Shown: positions 40,699 to 50,392, counted from the whole stretch's first letter. The stretch is DNA of 61,813 nt, filler included, from Chthonomonadaceae bacterium (GCA_035650735.1; 3 parts of 3 records of this genome joined end to end with filler, not necessarily neighbours in it); one strand, 5' to 3'. Translations and numbers: made by a program. Notes: generated by a model not told the origin, from the sequence alone.

Positions 40699-40896
40699 TT
40701 GCGCACAAAGAAGACACTGTTGACCATCCGAGAGACGATGGAGAAACTGAGCGTGAGCAGAAGCACCCTGCATCGCTTAGCGGCGAGTGGCGAGTTGCCC
40801 TGCTGCCACATCGGGCGGGCAGTGCGCTTTCACAAGGATGTCATAGACAGCTTCCTCGGACGGCTGATGCAGCAAGAGGCTGAGCAGAAAAGCTGA
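40699..40896 (+). CDS. Excisionase-like HTH (HTH_17)
   Basis: LLTIRETMEKLSVSRSTLHRLAASGELPCCHIGRAVRF; GGAGG RBS, TTG start. Confidence 0.85.
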   Translation: MRTKKTLLTIRETMEKLSVSRSTLHRLAASGELPCCHIGRAVRFHKDVIDSFLGRLMQQEAEQKS

Positions 40897-41418
40897 CATC
40901 CCCGAAACAGTGGAACAAATGGAACAAATCAGGGCAAATAAACGACGTATCATTGAGACACATTCAGACCTCTGGTGAGACCACCAGCGTCGCTCCTACA
41001 CCACAAATCGCACCCCGAAGTGCGATTTCCTCATGCCCCGATGCAAAAACGTTTTTCCGTATGGGTCATCCTGTGATATAGCGTCCCTGCTATGCCATCA
41101 GCGACCTTTGGTTGCTGAGTTTCTGTTAATGGGCGAAAATGACGATGGCCCATTCACTGTTACCAGCAGTGAATGGGCCAAAGATGGAGTGTGTGGTATA
41201 CCCAACTCCTGCCTCGATTGGAGACGTGGCAGGAGTTATTATATCACACACGCTATGTTTCGTCAATTCCGCCCGCCTCTATTTGGCAGGTGAGATGACA
41301 TTTTTTGCCTTCCCGCCGTCCCCGCAATGCGCGGGGCGTTTCGGGGCGCTGTCGCATATCTCACCAGCCGCGACAAGCGCCCTTTTTTTTACAAGGGCGC
41401 GGCGGAGAAACAAAACAC

Positions 41419-41664
41419 GTGTGTGATCAAACAACCGTTTGCAAACTGTGTGATGATGAGACGGGCGCGCTGGTGCGCGTCACGTTCGGGCGTTGGCGGC
41501 TGTATGGCGTCATCGTTTTTGCCACATTCAACGGTATTGGTATCAGTTGGCCCCGGCGCGTTTACGACCAGGCGCGCAACCGCTGGAGGATGATTGATAC
41601 CGTTCCGCCTGATGTTCTCCAGGCGGCGGAGAGGGCGCTGCGCGGAGAGGGAGGGTTGGCGTAA
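41419..41664 (+). CDS. Small protein, possibly SpoVG-like nucleic-acid binding
   Basis: VRVTFG.WRLYGVIV....GIGISWPRR pattern resembles SpoVG; TAATG coupling to the primase gene. Confidence 0.5.
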   Translation: MCDQTTVCKLCDDETGALVRVTFGRWRLYGVIVFATFNGIGISWPRRVYDQARNRWRMIDTVPPDVLQAAERALRGEGGLA

Positions 41665-44543
41665 TGGTGCCCTCCATCCCCTGCAACCCCGACGCCCTCC
41701 CCCACGAGATGCGCAGCTATCCGCAGTGGGTGTGCTGGAAGCTGCTGCCGCCTGAGAAGGAGGGCGACAAGCCGCGTAAAATCCCTTACAATCCCCGAAC
41801 CGGCAAATGCGCCGACCCCTCCGATCCCTCAACCGGAGGGACGTTTGCCGATGCCGTCGCCGCTTACCGGCGCGGAGGCTACGCCGGGGTCGGCTTCATC
41901 TTCGGCCCCGACGATCCCTTCATCGGCGGTGATATTGACGCCTGCCGCGATCCCCAGAACGGCCAGATCACCCTGGAAGCCCAGGCTTTCATTATCCTGG
42001 CCGACACCTATACCGAGGTCAGCCCAAGCGGCACCGGCGTCAAGTTCATCGGCAAGGGCCAGAAGATCGGCCCGGCCTGCAAGCGCGGCAACTTCGAGAT
42101 GTACGACAAGGGGCGATTCTTCACCCTCACCGGCTGCCATGTCCCTGGCACGCCCATGACCACAGAGGTGAGGCAGGAGGAGTTCGCCGGGCTGTACCAC
42201 GCCTGGTTCCCGCAGGAGGAGAAGCCGGAGAAACCGCCTCGACAGCCGCATACCACACCCCCCTGTGACCTTCTGCCCGATGACGGCGCGCTGCTGGAGA
42301 AAATCCGGCAAAGCGGCCAGGGGGCCAAGTTCTGCGCCCTCTTCGACCAGGGCGATCTTTCTGGCTACGGCAACGACGCAAGCCGGGCGGATGCGGCGCT
42401 CTGCTGTATCCTGGCCTATTGGACGCAGAAAGATGCCGAGCGCATGGATCGCCTCTTCCGGCGCTCGACGCTTATGCGCGACAAGTGGGACGAGAGACGC
42501 GGCACCCAGACCTACGGCCAGCGCACGATCCAGAATGCGATTGAGAGAACGACGCGCGTTTATGAGCCAGGAGTCAAGTCCGATGAGGCTGTCGGGGCAG
42601 GTGAAGACGCCCTGCCCACGCCGGAACCGCCTGCCGAGGAACCGGCCAGCGCGTTGACTAAAGAGGCATGGCTGAAGCGGGGCAAGCGGCTGCACGCCTG
42701 GTTGAACGAATGCAAGGAGACCTTCTATTGGCTGGCGGCGGACTGGTATAACGCCAAAGTCAAGAATCTGCCTTTTGGGCAGCGGGATAAATACGTGCGG
42801 ACGATTTTCGGCGATGTCCTGGCCCGGCAGATACACAATTGGGCCACTGTCGCCACGCACTGGGCGGAAGAAGAGCGCCAATACGACTTGCCGTTCTGGC
42901 TGCATACCGAACTGGCAACGCAGCCGCAGGAGAAGCGGACGCAGTACATGGAGGCGTTCCGTAAATCCGGCTTCCGGCGTGAGGAGTTACGCGCCTGGTT
43001 GGGCATCAAGCCATTGCAGAAGCGGCGGAAATGGTGGCAGATCGTTAAGCAGGATGTGCCCGACTCGATTGGAGTGAAGTTGGCGATGGCGCTGGAGTGC
43101 GACCCGGCCAAAACGCTGAAGCGGCTGGAAGTGGCCCTGGGCCTGAATGTCTACGACCCCGACGCCGCGCCCATTGAGTACCAGACGGACACAGAGTTGG
43201 TGGGGGAGGCGCAGGCCCATGTCGGCGGCCTGGCGCAAGCGTGCGCAGAGGCTCAAAACGCGGCAAAAACGGGCTTAGCGAACGTCCATATACTGGACGC
43301 CCAAAACGGCGATTTTGAGATGGAAAACGCCTCAAATCCGGCTTCTAATTTTCACGCCGGCGTGAAAATTGACGCCTCAGAACAGGCTCCTCCAGCAACG
43401 CAAAAAACACCGTATATACCCCCCTGTGATCACATATATAAGGAAACTTCCCCCCGCGTGGAGGCCGACCCTTTCGGCGATGATACGGATGACACTCCGC
43501 CCGCCACACCCTCGCCACCGATCCCTGGCCCTCCGCCACCGCCCTCGGTGGGGATCGTCGTGACGTTGACGAATGAGCAGCTAGAACGCGCCGAAAAGTT
43601 CGCCCAGGAGCGCAAACGCGGTCACGACCACTGCCGCCGTCGTGTTGAGGATAAGGGCAGCGACCAAGCCAACCTCCAGGCCGACCGGGTTGGCATGAAG
43701 GCGGAGGTGGGCCTGGTGGAATCCCTTGAGGCCAACGACCTGCATCCCGAAGGCTGGATACCTCTGGCTGACCATGCCCCCAATGGGCCGGATTTCGCTC
43801 TCGCCGGGACGCCGTTTAATGTCAAGTGCGCTCGCCCCGGCTCCCGCTTCATCTACGTCAATGAGGCGCAAAGGCTGAGGCAGGAGGGCAAGGGGGGGTA
43901 TTGCTGGCCGGTTGCCCTTCTGGATGAGCACCGCCTCCTCCTCTATAAGCCCGTTCCCTGGGCAGAGGTCGCCAAGTGGACGCTGATTACCGGCAGGGGC
44001 AGTTCGCCGTTCCGCTCCGTAGAACTCGACAAGCTGGAACCCCTCTGCAATCTGGCTGACATCCGGGCGCTGCTCCACCGCGCCGACGACGCTAACCAGG
44101 ATGCGTTGCCCTCGCCCCCTACTGAGGCTGATGGCGATCCACGCACCGCCGATGTCCCTGGTGATACATCCGGCGATGTTCACGATGGCGGCGATGGTGA
44201 GGAGGAGGCCGAACCCTGCGTCTACTGCCAGCAAGGGCGTGCGATCTATCCGCGCGGCTCCTGCGCACCCACGATCTGCGCCGGTTGTTGGGCGGATCGC
44301 CAAGAGAGCAACGCCCGTGAGCGGGCCGACAACGCGGAGGAGCGGCAGACGACCTTACCCACTGATGGCACAGAGGACGCTTACGAAGGGGCAGATGATG
44401 GCCCCTTCTCCTGGGCGGGCCTCATCGAAGAAGGGACTGAACCGTCCCGGCCTGTACCCCGCGTGCCCAAGATCAAGCGCCTGGAAATCGCATGGCGCTC
44501 TGGCTCGCGCAACAAGGCCAGGACATCCCTGACGCCCCGATGA
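41664..44543 (+). CDS. AEP primase-polymerase (NrS-1-like PrimPol + helix bundle) with an atypical C-terminal region
   Basis: PQWVCWK..KIPYNP, GDID, TEVSPSGTG, EMYD..RFFTLTG; D.S.AD.ALC..LAYW...MDRLFR.S.LMR.KW; no Walker A motif found. Confidence 0.85.
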   Translation: MVPSIPCNPDALPHEMRSYPQWVCWKLLPPEKEGDKPRKIPYNPRTGKCADPSDPSTGGTFADAVAAYRRGGYAGVGFIFGPDDPFIGGDIDACRDPQNGQITLEAQAFIILADTYTEVSPSGTGVKFIGKGQKIGPACKRGNFEMYDKGRFFTLTGCHVPGTPMTTEVRQEEFAGLYHAWFPQEEKPEKPPRQPHTTPPCDLLPDDGALLEKIRQSGQGAKFCALFDQGDLSGYGNDASRADAALCCILAYWTQKDAERMDRLFRRSTLMRDKWDERRGTQTYGQRTIQNAIERTTRVYEPGVKSDEAVGAGEDALPTPEPPAEEPASALTKEAWLKRGKRLHAWLNECKETFYWLAADWYNAKVKNLPFGQRDKYVRTIFGDVLARQIHNWATVATHWAEEERQYDLPFWLHTELATQPQEKRTQYMEAFRKSGFRREELRAWLGIKPLQKRRKWWQIVKQDVPDSIGVKLAMALECDPAKTLKRLEVALGLNVYDPDAAPIEYQTDTELVGEAQAHVGGLAQACAEAQNAAKTGLANVHILDAQNGDFEMENASNPASNFHAGVKIDASEQAPPATQKTPYIPPCDHIYKETSPRVEADPFGDDTDDTPPATPSPPIPGPPPPPSVGIVVTLTNEQLERAEKFAQERKRGHDHCRRRVEDKGSDQANLQADRVGMKAEVGLVESLEANDLHPEGWIPLADHAPNGPDFALAGTPFNVKCARPGSRFIYVNEAQRLRQEGKGGYCWPVALLDEHRLLLYKPVPWAEVAKWTLITGRGSSPFRSVELDKLEPLCNLADIRALLHRADDANQDALPSPPTEADGDPRTADVPGDTSGDVHDGGDGEEEAEPCVYCQQGRAIYPRGSCAPTICAGCWADRQESNARERADNAEERQTTLPTDGTEDAYEGADDGPFSWAGLIEEGTEPSRPVPRVPKIKRLEIAWRSGSRNKARTSLTPR

Positions 44544-44683
44544 CACGCTCAGGGCCGTGCCGCGACGCACGCCCAACCTTTCGTGTGAAGGCAGGCCATG
44601 ATGCCTTCCGGCGTTCGCAGGAGACGCTGGTGATCTTTGCCTAATCCACATTCTGCGTGGTGGCATCCAGATGTTGGCTATCT

Positions 44684-44887
44684 CTATGAATGCGGTGTAA
44701 ATGGGCCAATGCGATATTGCCGGATACGTGAAAAAGCCTTGATCTCAATTAAGTCAATTGTTGGATCGCCGCCTAAATCTCTGGCCGTGTCCATGTCCTT
44801 CTGCAAGACATGGACGATGCCAACACCATCAACTTGATACTCACCCGGCTCCTCAACGTCTCCGAGATCACTCCAACGGCACTGCAT
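44684..44887 (-). CDS. Small hypothetical protein (element cargo)
   Basis: AAGGAGG RBS; 67 aa with globular composition. Confidence 0.65.
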   Translation of the reverse strand: MQCRWSDLGDVEEPGEYQVDGVGIVHVLQKDMDTARDLGGDPTIDLIEIKAFSRIRQYRIGPFTPHS

Positions 44888-45108
44888 AAGCTACCTCCTT
44901 TTTGTGCTCGACAGTTATCCCAACCGACGACTACCGTTGCTTCTCTAGAGACGACGCTGCAACCAGGCAGAAAGTGTCGCGCCGCTCGGCAAGTTTTTTT
45001 CGGGATTATGGCAGCCACACAAAAGCCCTGCCTCTCTGTAGACCAGAGGCCGGGCATTCGCCATCATTAACAGCGTTGATCATTGGGTTCCCGCTCAGCG
45101 GTGTTCCT

Positions 45109-45152
45109 ACAAACAAGCCCTGCTCTGTGCTGTGCGAGCAGGGCTTGTTTGT
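45109..45152. terminator. 17-bp-stem hairpin, bidirectional terminator-like
   Basis: acaaacaagccctgctc-10 nt-gagcagggcttgtttgt. Confidence 0.6.
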
Positions 45153-45627
45153 CTATGGTTGGCTGCCTCAGTGCGGCTCTTGATAGGAATAAAGGCGTTC
45201 TGGCAGATAGGGAGGGAACCTCCCTGTCAGGCTTCTCGTCTCTAAGCAAATTCTGGGCAAGGAACCGCCATGCAGTCAACCGGAAAAGTCTCTAGCCGGT
45301 GTCCTAACTGTGGCCGACAGCTTCGACGATGGGCCTGGCGCTGCTATGCCTGCCCCTGGAAAAGACGGCTGTCTCCCCTGCTGCTCACCTTACTGGCCGT
45401 GCTGGTCTGGCTGCTGGTGGCCCTGATACACCATCGCTAAGCCCCTATAACCTCCTAACCGTGCTCAGCCATCACAGACAGGATTGCCAGGGCTTCCTAC
45501 TGCTTGCGCATTATTTCTCAAATTAGCGGAACGTTTTCTGCCAGCCCACGTCTTCTGCCTGAGTTCTGAGACAGAGGCTTTCTTTGGAAGCACTCTGCCG
45601 GAAACTGAAACACACAAAGGGAAATCA

Positions 45628-45894
45628 ATGGACATCTTAGACACTCAACCCAAGACCATGCCCCGCACTGACCATCGCGAAGGGCCGGTGGCGCGCACGA
45701 TTGAACAACAGACGGCCAAGCTGCCCTCGGATACCTTCCTCTGGGCTGCTTTAGGCTCGATTGGCGTCTCCCTTATCTTCAAGATGATGGACAAGGATGA
45801 GACGGCCAACTTCATCGGTCAGTGGGCACCCACCCTTCTGGTTCTGGGTCTCTATAACAAGCTGGTCAAGCTGGAAGGCTCGGAGGGGGCCTAA
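45628..45894 (+). CDS. Small membrane hypothetical protein (element cargo)
   Basis: HREG.VAR.IE.QTAKLPSD.FLWAA...FIGQWAPT.L.LGLYNKLVK pattern with two hydrophobic segments. Confidence 0.75.
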   Translation: MDILDTQPKTMPRTDHREGPVARTIEQQTAKLPSDTFLWAALGSIGVSLIFKMMDKDETANFIGQWAPTLLVLGLYNKLVKLEGSEGA

Positions 45895-46554
45895 ACGGTT
45901 GGCCTCCTGCGCGTTCTCAGCATTCCTGGGGCACAGGGCCGATTCTGAGGGCGCGCACTGGAATGCATTCCTGCTGCCTGGAGCGAGGGCTGGAAGTCTG
46001 TGTCTCCAGCCCTCGCTCTTTGGAATAAGTCCACCTGGAAGATGCCGGGGGCGCTATGGGTTTCCTTTGCCGGTGGCAAGCATGTGAGGGAACCGAGGAG
46101 GCCGCGTTCCCGTCATAGCGAGGCCATCATCGTCCATGATGGTACCAGGGAGGCATAGCCCCGGACGGCTTTCTGCCTCCCTGCTCATTCAGCCCCCGTC
46201 CGTGCCTATCGCTAAACCCGTTAAGCACACTCCGCCTACTCCATCCGTCAGGCGACCTTGCCCGACTCCTTCGCGCTGCCGCGCGTCTCTTGCAACTCTT
46301 CATCGGTTTCTCCGTTTCGATAGCTATCTGCGCCAACTGATTACGTGCGCAGGCCCCTGAGAAAGTGCAGACACCGCCTGCACAATTTGACCCCTTGACC
46401 TCGGTTAAGCCCCTCCTACCCCCCCCCTCCTGTGTTCGCCTTCTGAGGCTGCTAGAAGGAGTCGCGCGACTCCTTGTTACGCTGGCTCCCGCCCGGCATA
46501 AAGATAGGCAGAAGAGGCAACGGTCTCTTTGTTACCGTGATCGGGAGGTCAAAT

Positions 46555-46758
46555 ATGCAGACGCAAGCACCGCAGAAGCTGCTGCTCGACATTGAGACGG
46601 CGGCAGAGAAGCTGTCTCTGAGCCGCAGCCACGTCTATCGGCTGGTAGCCGAAGGGCGGCTGCCGGTGGTGGTCATCGGCAGGAATCGCCGCATCCCGGC
46701 GATGGCGCTGGAACAATTCGTCGAGGAACGGTTGCAACCCAGTCGGGAGGTCAAGTAG
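46555..46758 (+). CDS. Second excisionase-like HTH (HTH_17)
   Basis: LLLDIETAAEKLSLSRSHVYRLVAEGRLPVVVIGRNRRI; GGAGG RBS. Confidence 0.85.
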   Translation: MQTQAPQKLLLDIETAAEKLSLSRSHVYRLVAEGRLPVVVIGRNRRIPAMALEQFVEERLQPSREVK

Positions 46759-47040
46759 ATGAGCATGGCAACTTTGCTTCAAAACGATGCCAAAGCCACC
46801 GATGCCGTACTTGCCGCGCAAGCAAAATGCCAGCGTGTCCGCTACGACGTGGAGGACGCACTGCGAACCGGTGACGCCTCGGCTCTTGCCGCCGTCCGAA
46901 ACCGCATTGGCGCTGATTGCTTGCATTTTGCCATTGCCAACACCCGCCAGGAGGTCGCCGGTATCGGCTTCGACCGCCGATCTGCTCTACGCGGGCTGCC
47001 GTCAGCAAGCCAGCGGATGGATACCCCGCTTACAGTGTGA
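46759..47040 (+). CDS. Hypothetical protein
   Basis: Abuts the previous stop codon; GGAGG RBS. Confidence 0.6.
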   Translation: MSMATLLQNDAKATDAVLAAQAKCQRVRYDVEDALRTGDASALAAVRNRIGADCLHFAIANTRQEVAGIGFDRRSALRGLPSASQRMDTPLTV

Positions 47041-47047
47041 CCTGGAG

Positions 47048-47278
47048 ATGGTAGAGGCCGCTGTCACCAGAGCAAGACGGGCTAGGGCCGTCCTCTTGGC
47101 CTGGCTGGAGAGCAACCTGCCCTACTGGCTCGGTGATGCTGACAGCCTGCGCCCGGTGGACGGCAAGAAGGTTTACTACCAGCCGATTGGCGGCGGGCCA
47201 GCGCAGCCGGTGGGCGACGCCAACGCGGCTCTTGCAGATTGGGTTCTACGCGGAGGGCCGACCTGGCTTGCCCGATAA
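47048..47278 (+). CDS. Hypothetical protein
   Basis: Fills the operon gap; start uncertain. Confidence 0.5.
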   Translation: MVEAAVTRARRARAVLLAWLESNLPYWLGDADSLRPVDGKKVYYQPIGGGPAQPVGDANAALADWVLRGGPTWLAR

Positions 47279-47298
47279 CTTATGGAGGATAGACACAA

Positions 47299-47574
47299 AT
47301 GAGCAGATTTGACCAAGCCTACAAACGCTTCAAAGAGCGCAAGAAGCTAGAGAAAGCGGCGGCTATGCAGAAAGCCCTCACGTCCGCGCCTCCGCCCTCC
47401 CCCTACGTGCCGCGCCAGCAAGCGACCCACTTGATGGATCGCCTTGTCAAGCTGCGCGAGAGCGGCCAGCAGGTACCTTTCGACAGCCGGGACGTGCAGC
47501 AGGCAAACGCAGGCTGGTTGACGCGCGAACGCTATACGCATCTTGATGGCCTGGCGAAAGCGTTGGGCGGCTAG
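47299..47574 (+). CDS. Hypothetical protein
   Basis: GGAGG RBS; 91 aa. Confidence 0.7.
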   Translation: MSRFDQAYKRFKERKKLEKAAAMQKALTSAPPPSPYVPRQQATHLMDRLVKLRESGQQVPFDSRDVQQANAGWLTRERYTHLDGLAKALGG

Positions 47575-47595
47575 GCGAGTAAGGAGGCCAAAAAC

Positions 47596-48192
47596 TTGAC
47601 TAATTTTGACGCTTCCCGCCCTGGCCCGAAGCTGCCTCCTGCTGCCAGGAAGTTGATCCGGCAGCGCCTCATCGCCGGAGACAGCAACGATCAGATACAG
47701 GCGGCGCTGGAGAAAGAGGGCTATCCGCGCGTCTCCCGGCAGGCGCTCCACCGCTATCGCCAGTCGCGCAAGGTGCAGGAGGCCCTGGCTATGATGGACA
47801 TAGAGAGCGTGCAGTGCGGGTTGGCCCTGCGCGCACGGCGCATCATGGCGTTGGCGCAGCACGCCCAAGATTTGTGGCAGCGCATGACCGGCAGGGTGGT
47901 AGGCTTTGAGGACATGCCCCGCCTGCCCGCCGATAAACTGAGCCTCGTTCTGCTTGGCCGCGAGTTTCGCGCTACCCTGGAGGCTATCTCCAAGCTGGTG
48001 GACACCCCTGCGGCACGTCCTGGACTCTTCTCGGCATCGTCCACGCCCGCCGACGAAGCGCCCGATACCATAGAACCCGCCCTGGATCGCACCTTCGTCA
48101 TCGGGCAGCTTAACGACGCGCTGGAGAAATTTTTGGAAAGACACGAGCGGGAGCAGGCGCAGGCGCAAGAGCAGGCCGGGGGCGAAGGCTGA
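47596..48192 (+). CDS. Terminase small subunit-like HTH protein (Mu gp27/DUF3486- or DUF2280-like)
   Basis: KLP...R..I...L..G.S..QI...L...GY..VSRQALHRY N-terminal HTH followed by helical REFRATLEAISK; AAGGAGG RBS. Confidence 0.55.
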   Translation: MTNFDASRPGPKLPPAARKLIRQRLIAGDSNDQIQAALEKEGYPRVSRQALHRYRQSRKVQEALAMMDIESVQCGLALRARRIMALAQHAQDLWQRMTGRVVGFEDMPRLPADKLSLVLLGREFRATLEAISKLVDTPAARPGLFSASSTPADEAPDTIEPALDRTFVIGQLNDALEKFLERHEREQAQAQEQAGGEG

Positions 48193-49067
48193 TGCTCTCC
48201 TACCGCCCTGTCCGGCGCTTTCTTGTGCTCATCAAGGCCATCCAACCGCCCTCGGCCAGCCCGCCAGGAGAATACATTCACAGGCGTGTCGGCGGTCGGA
48301 TTTACTTCACCAACGAGGGCGAAAGCCTCTTCCGGCCTCTCTTTCAAGGAACGGGGGCCTTTGTCCCTGCCCGCTCCGTCGTTGCATGGCAAAACATCCT
48401 CCAGAACCTTCTGGAGCAGCCAGCCATGCAGGCCGACCTAATCACCGCAGGCCGGATGCGCCGCCTGTATGATGCCATCGAGGCGGCGCATCGGCACACT
48501 GGGCACCAGGGCATTACCCTGATCATGCCCGATACGCGCCTGAAGGAAATCAAAAACACCGTTAGGCATGAGGGCATCCATTTGGCCCTCTGGCAGCTTC
48601 GAGAGGCAGAGGCCGAGCATCGGCAGATGATGACGGCCCTGCACGATCATTTGCAAGCGCATCCCCTGATGCCCAAAGTCACGACCAAGCTAAGGGATGT
48701 CGGGTATCCCGACAATCCTTTCACTCTGGCCCATGAGACCGCCGCTTACGTGGGTGGCGGCGAGCATCGCCTGTTAGGGTTGACCGACGAGGAGGGCGAG
48801 CAGTTGCGCCGTCATCTAGTGGTCGGGCTGCACCAACTCGTGGGCGATCCCGATAAGGTCTACCGCCTCTTTACTCACAGCATCGGCCCACCGAAGGAGA
48901 CTATTCATGAGTACAGACAAAACCCGGAAGCCTTCATTGCCGCCGCTCAGCCCGGAGCAGCGCCGGTTGGCCGCCTGGAACCTGCGGGCGCTAGTGCTGG
49001 CCTACAAGCTGAGCGGGCCAGCGGGCTACGACCGGGCGCACAGTCATCTGTTCCCCCATCGGACTGA
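48192..49067 (+). CDS. Zincin-like metallopeptidase-motif protein
   Basis: TVRHEGIH (HExxH) and a downstream HETAAY third-ligand motif. Confidence 0.6.
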   Translation: MLSYRPVRRFLVLIKAIQPPSASPPGEYIHRRVGGRIYFTNEGESLFRPLFQGTGAFVPARSVVAWQNILQNLLEQPAMQADLITAGRMRRLYDAIEAAHRHTGHQGITLIMPDTRLKEIKNTVRHEGIHLALWQLREAEAEHRQMMTALHDHLQAHPLMPKVTTKLRDVGYPDNPFTLAHETAAYVGGGEHRLLGLTDEEGEQLRRHLVVGLHQLVGDPDKVYRLFTHSIGPPKETIHEYRQNPEAFIAAAQPGAAPVGRLEPAGASAGLQAERASGLRPGAQSSVPPSD

Positions 49068-49095
49068 CCCCAGGGCGGACAGCGAGAAACACTAA
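48907..49095 (+). CDS. Small hypothetical protein
   Basis: AAGGAG RBS; overlaps the low-complexity tail of the previous ORF. Confidence 0.5.
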   Translation: MSTDKTRKPSLPPLSPEQRRLAAWNLRALVLAYKLSGPAGYDRAHSHLFPHRTDPRADSEKH

Positions 49096-49120
49096 ACAAG
49101 AACAAAAGGGAGGAGGGACG

Positions 49121-49639
49121 ATGAACACGAGAACCGCACAGACGACCGTTCATATCTACACGGATGAGGACGGCAACGAGGGCTTCCTGCCGGAAGAGGG
49201 CGACATCCAGGAGGCCCGCCGGGTGATCGCTGAGTTGCGCCAAGAGGCCCAAGCCATCCCGGAGACCACAGAGAAGGACAGGTCGCGCAAGCAGAGAGCC
49301 TTGCGGTGGATAGCGGCAGGAGAGAGGATGCTTGTCTCCATGCAGGCCACGCGAGACCGCTGGCTGCCCCATGCGGTGGAGTTGACCTTCACGCTGAAAC
49401 TGCCCACCCAGGAGGCGTTGGAGGCGGCGATCCGGGCCTCCACCTGGACAAGCCGGGACGGCTCCTTAACCTGTGTAGACGACCTGGCGCTCTCGCAGCG
49501 CCTTCTTCCTCACTCCCTTGCGAACATGACCCCGGAGGAGGTCGAGGGTCTGGACTATCCTCTGGGTTGCGTCCTCTGGCAGCGGCTGCGGCGTCTCCTG
49601 CCCACCATCACCCCGCTTCTGCCCCAGGACGCCGTGTAG
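49121..49639 (+). CDS. Tail assembly chaperone-like protein, paralogue 1
   Basis: Aligns by eye along its length with 49665-50219 (LP.E.D, ATR.R.LPHA..TF.LK.P, MTP.EV..L, LW..L). Confidence 0.55.
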   Translation: MNTRTAQTTVHIYTDEDGNEGFLPEEGDIQEARRVIAELRQEAQAIPETTEKDRSRKQRALRWIAAGERMLVSMQATRDRWLPHAVELTFTLKLPTQEALEAAIRASTWTSRDGSLTCVDDLALSQRLLPHSLANMTPEEVEGLDYPLGCVLWQRLRRLLPTITPLLPQDAV

Positions 49640-49664
49640 AACCATCACAGAGGAGGATATACGC

Positions 49665-50219
49665 ATGTCCAGCATTCGCCAGATCAAAGTTACGTTGACT
49701 ATCTTCGCCGACGAGCGCACCGGCGCGGAGTACATCTTGCCCGACGAGGCGGATTTCGCCGAAGAGGAGGCCCGCCTGGAGGCGCTGGAGGCCGAGGCCA
49801 ACGGCTGGCTGGCCTCCAAGCACAAGCCGACCCAGGCCAGGGGCAAGGCGCAGATGGAGGCCGTCGAAGGGATGCGGGCCGCCTTAGCCCGCCAGAGGGC
49901 CACGCGGGAGAGGCTGCTGCCCCATGCCCAGAAGCGCACCTTCATTCTCAAAAAGCCCAACTACGGCGCTTACCTGGAGGCCGAGAACGCCGCCAAGCAG
50001 CTTAACCAGGAAACCGGCGACGTGACGGTTGACCAGAGCCTGCTGATGCAGCACCTACTCCCGACCTCTATCGAGGGCATGACCCCGGCGGAGGTCAACG
50101 ACCTGGCCCCCAACGTCGTCCGCCATCTGTGGGGCAAGTTGTACGGGGCCATCTGGCCGGATCGAGGCCGCCTCCCTTTCTCGTGCTGGCCGTCCGAGAC
50201 GCCCTTGACGGACGGCTAA
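49665..50219 (+). CDS. Tail assembly chaperone (gpG-like), paralogue 2
   Basis: GAGGAGG RBS; in-frame C CCT TTC slippery heptamer at 50174-50180; upstream of the tape-measure-like gene. Confidence 0.65.
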   Translation: MSSIRQIKVTLTIFADERTGAEYILPDEADFAEEEARLEALEAEANGWLASKHKPTQARGKAQMEAVEGMRAALARQRATRERLLPHAQKRTFILKKPNYGAYLEAENAAKQLNQETGDVTVDQSLLMQHLLPTSIEGMTPAEVNDLAPNVVRHLWGKLYGAIWPDRGRLPFSCWPSETPLTDG

Positions 50220-50392
50220 ACAACTACGACCGCCTGCTCTACGAGGCCCAGGTCTACCTGGTGTGGCGGCAGACAGGGCAGTTGCCAGCGGCTACTATCT
50301 ACGACCTGCCCTGCGATCTGGTCTTGACGCTCTCGGCCATCCACAGCGACGTTGAGGCTGAGGGTGCCGAGCACGCGGCCCGACAGGATTAG
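50174..50392 (+). CDS. -1 frameshift extension (gpGT-like)
   Basis: ORF 50129-50392 is in the -1 frame, lacks an obvious RBS, and contains W..TGQLP...IYDLP. Confidence 0.6.
   Translation, partial: PFLVLAVRDALDGRLNNYDRLLYEAQVYLVWRQTGQLPAATIYDLPCDLVLTLSAIHSDVEAEGAEHAARQD

Noticed and set aside
41005..41300. Hairpin aaatcgcac/gtgcgattt and short ORFs 41033-41293 and 41139-41426
   Set aside because: No convincing RBS or recognisable motif, so no function can be assigned from sequence alone.
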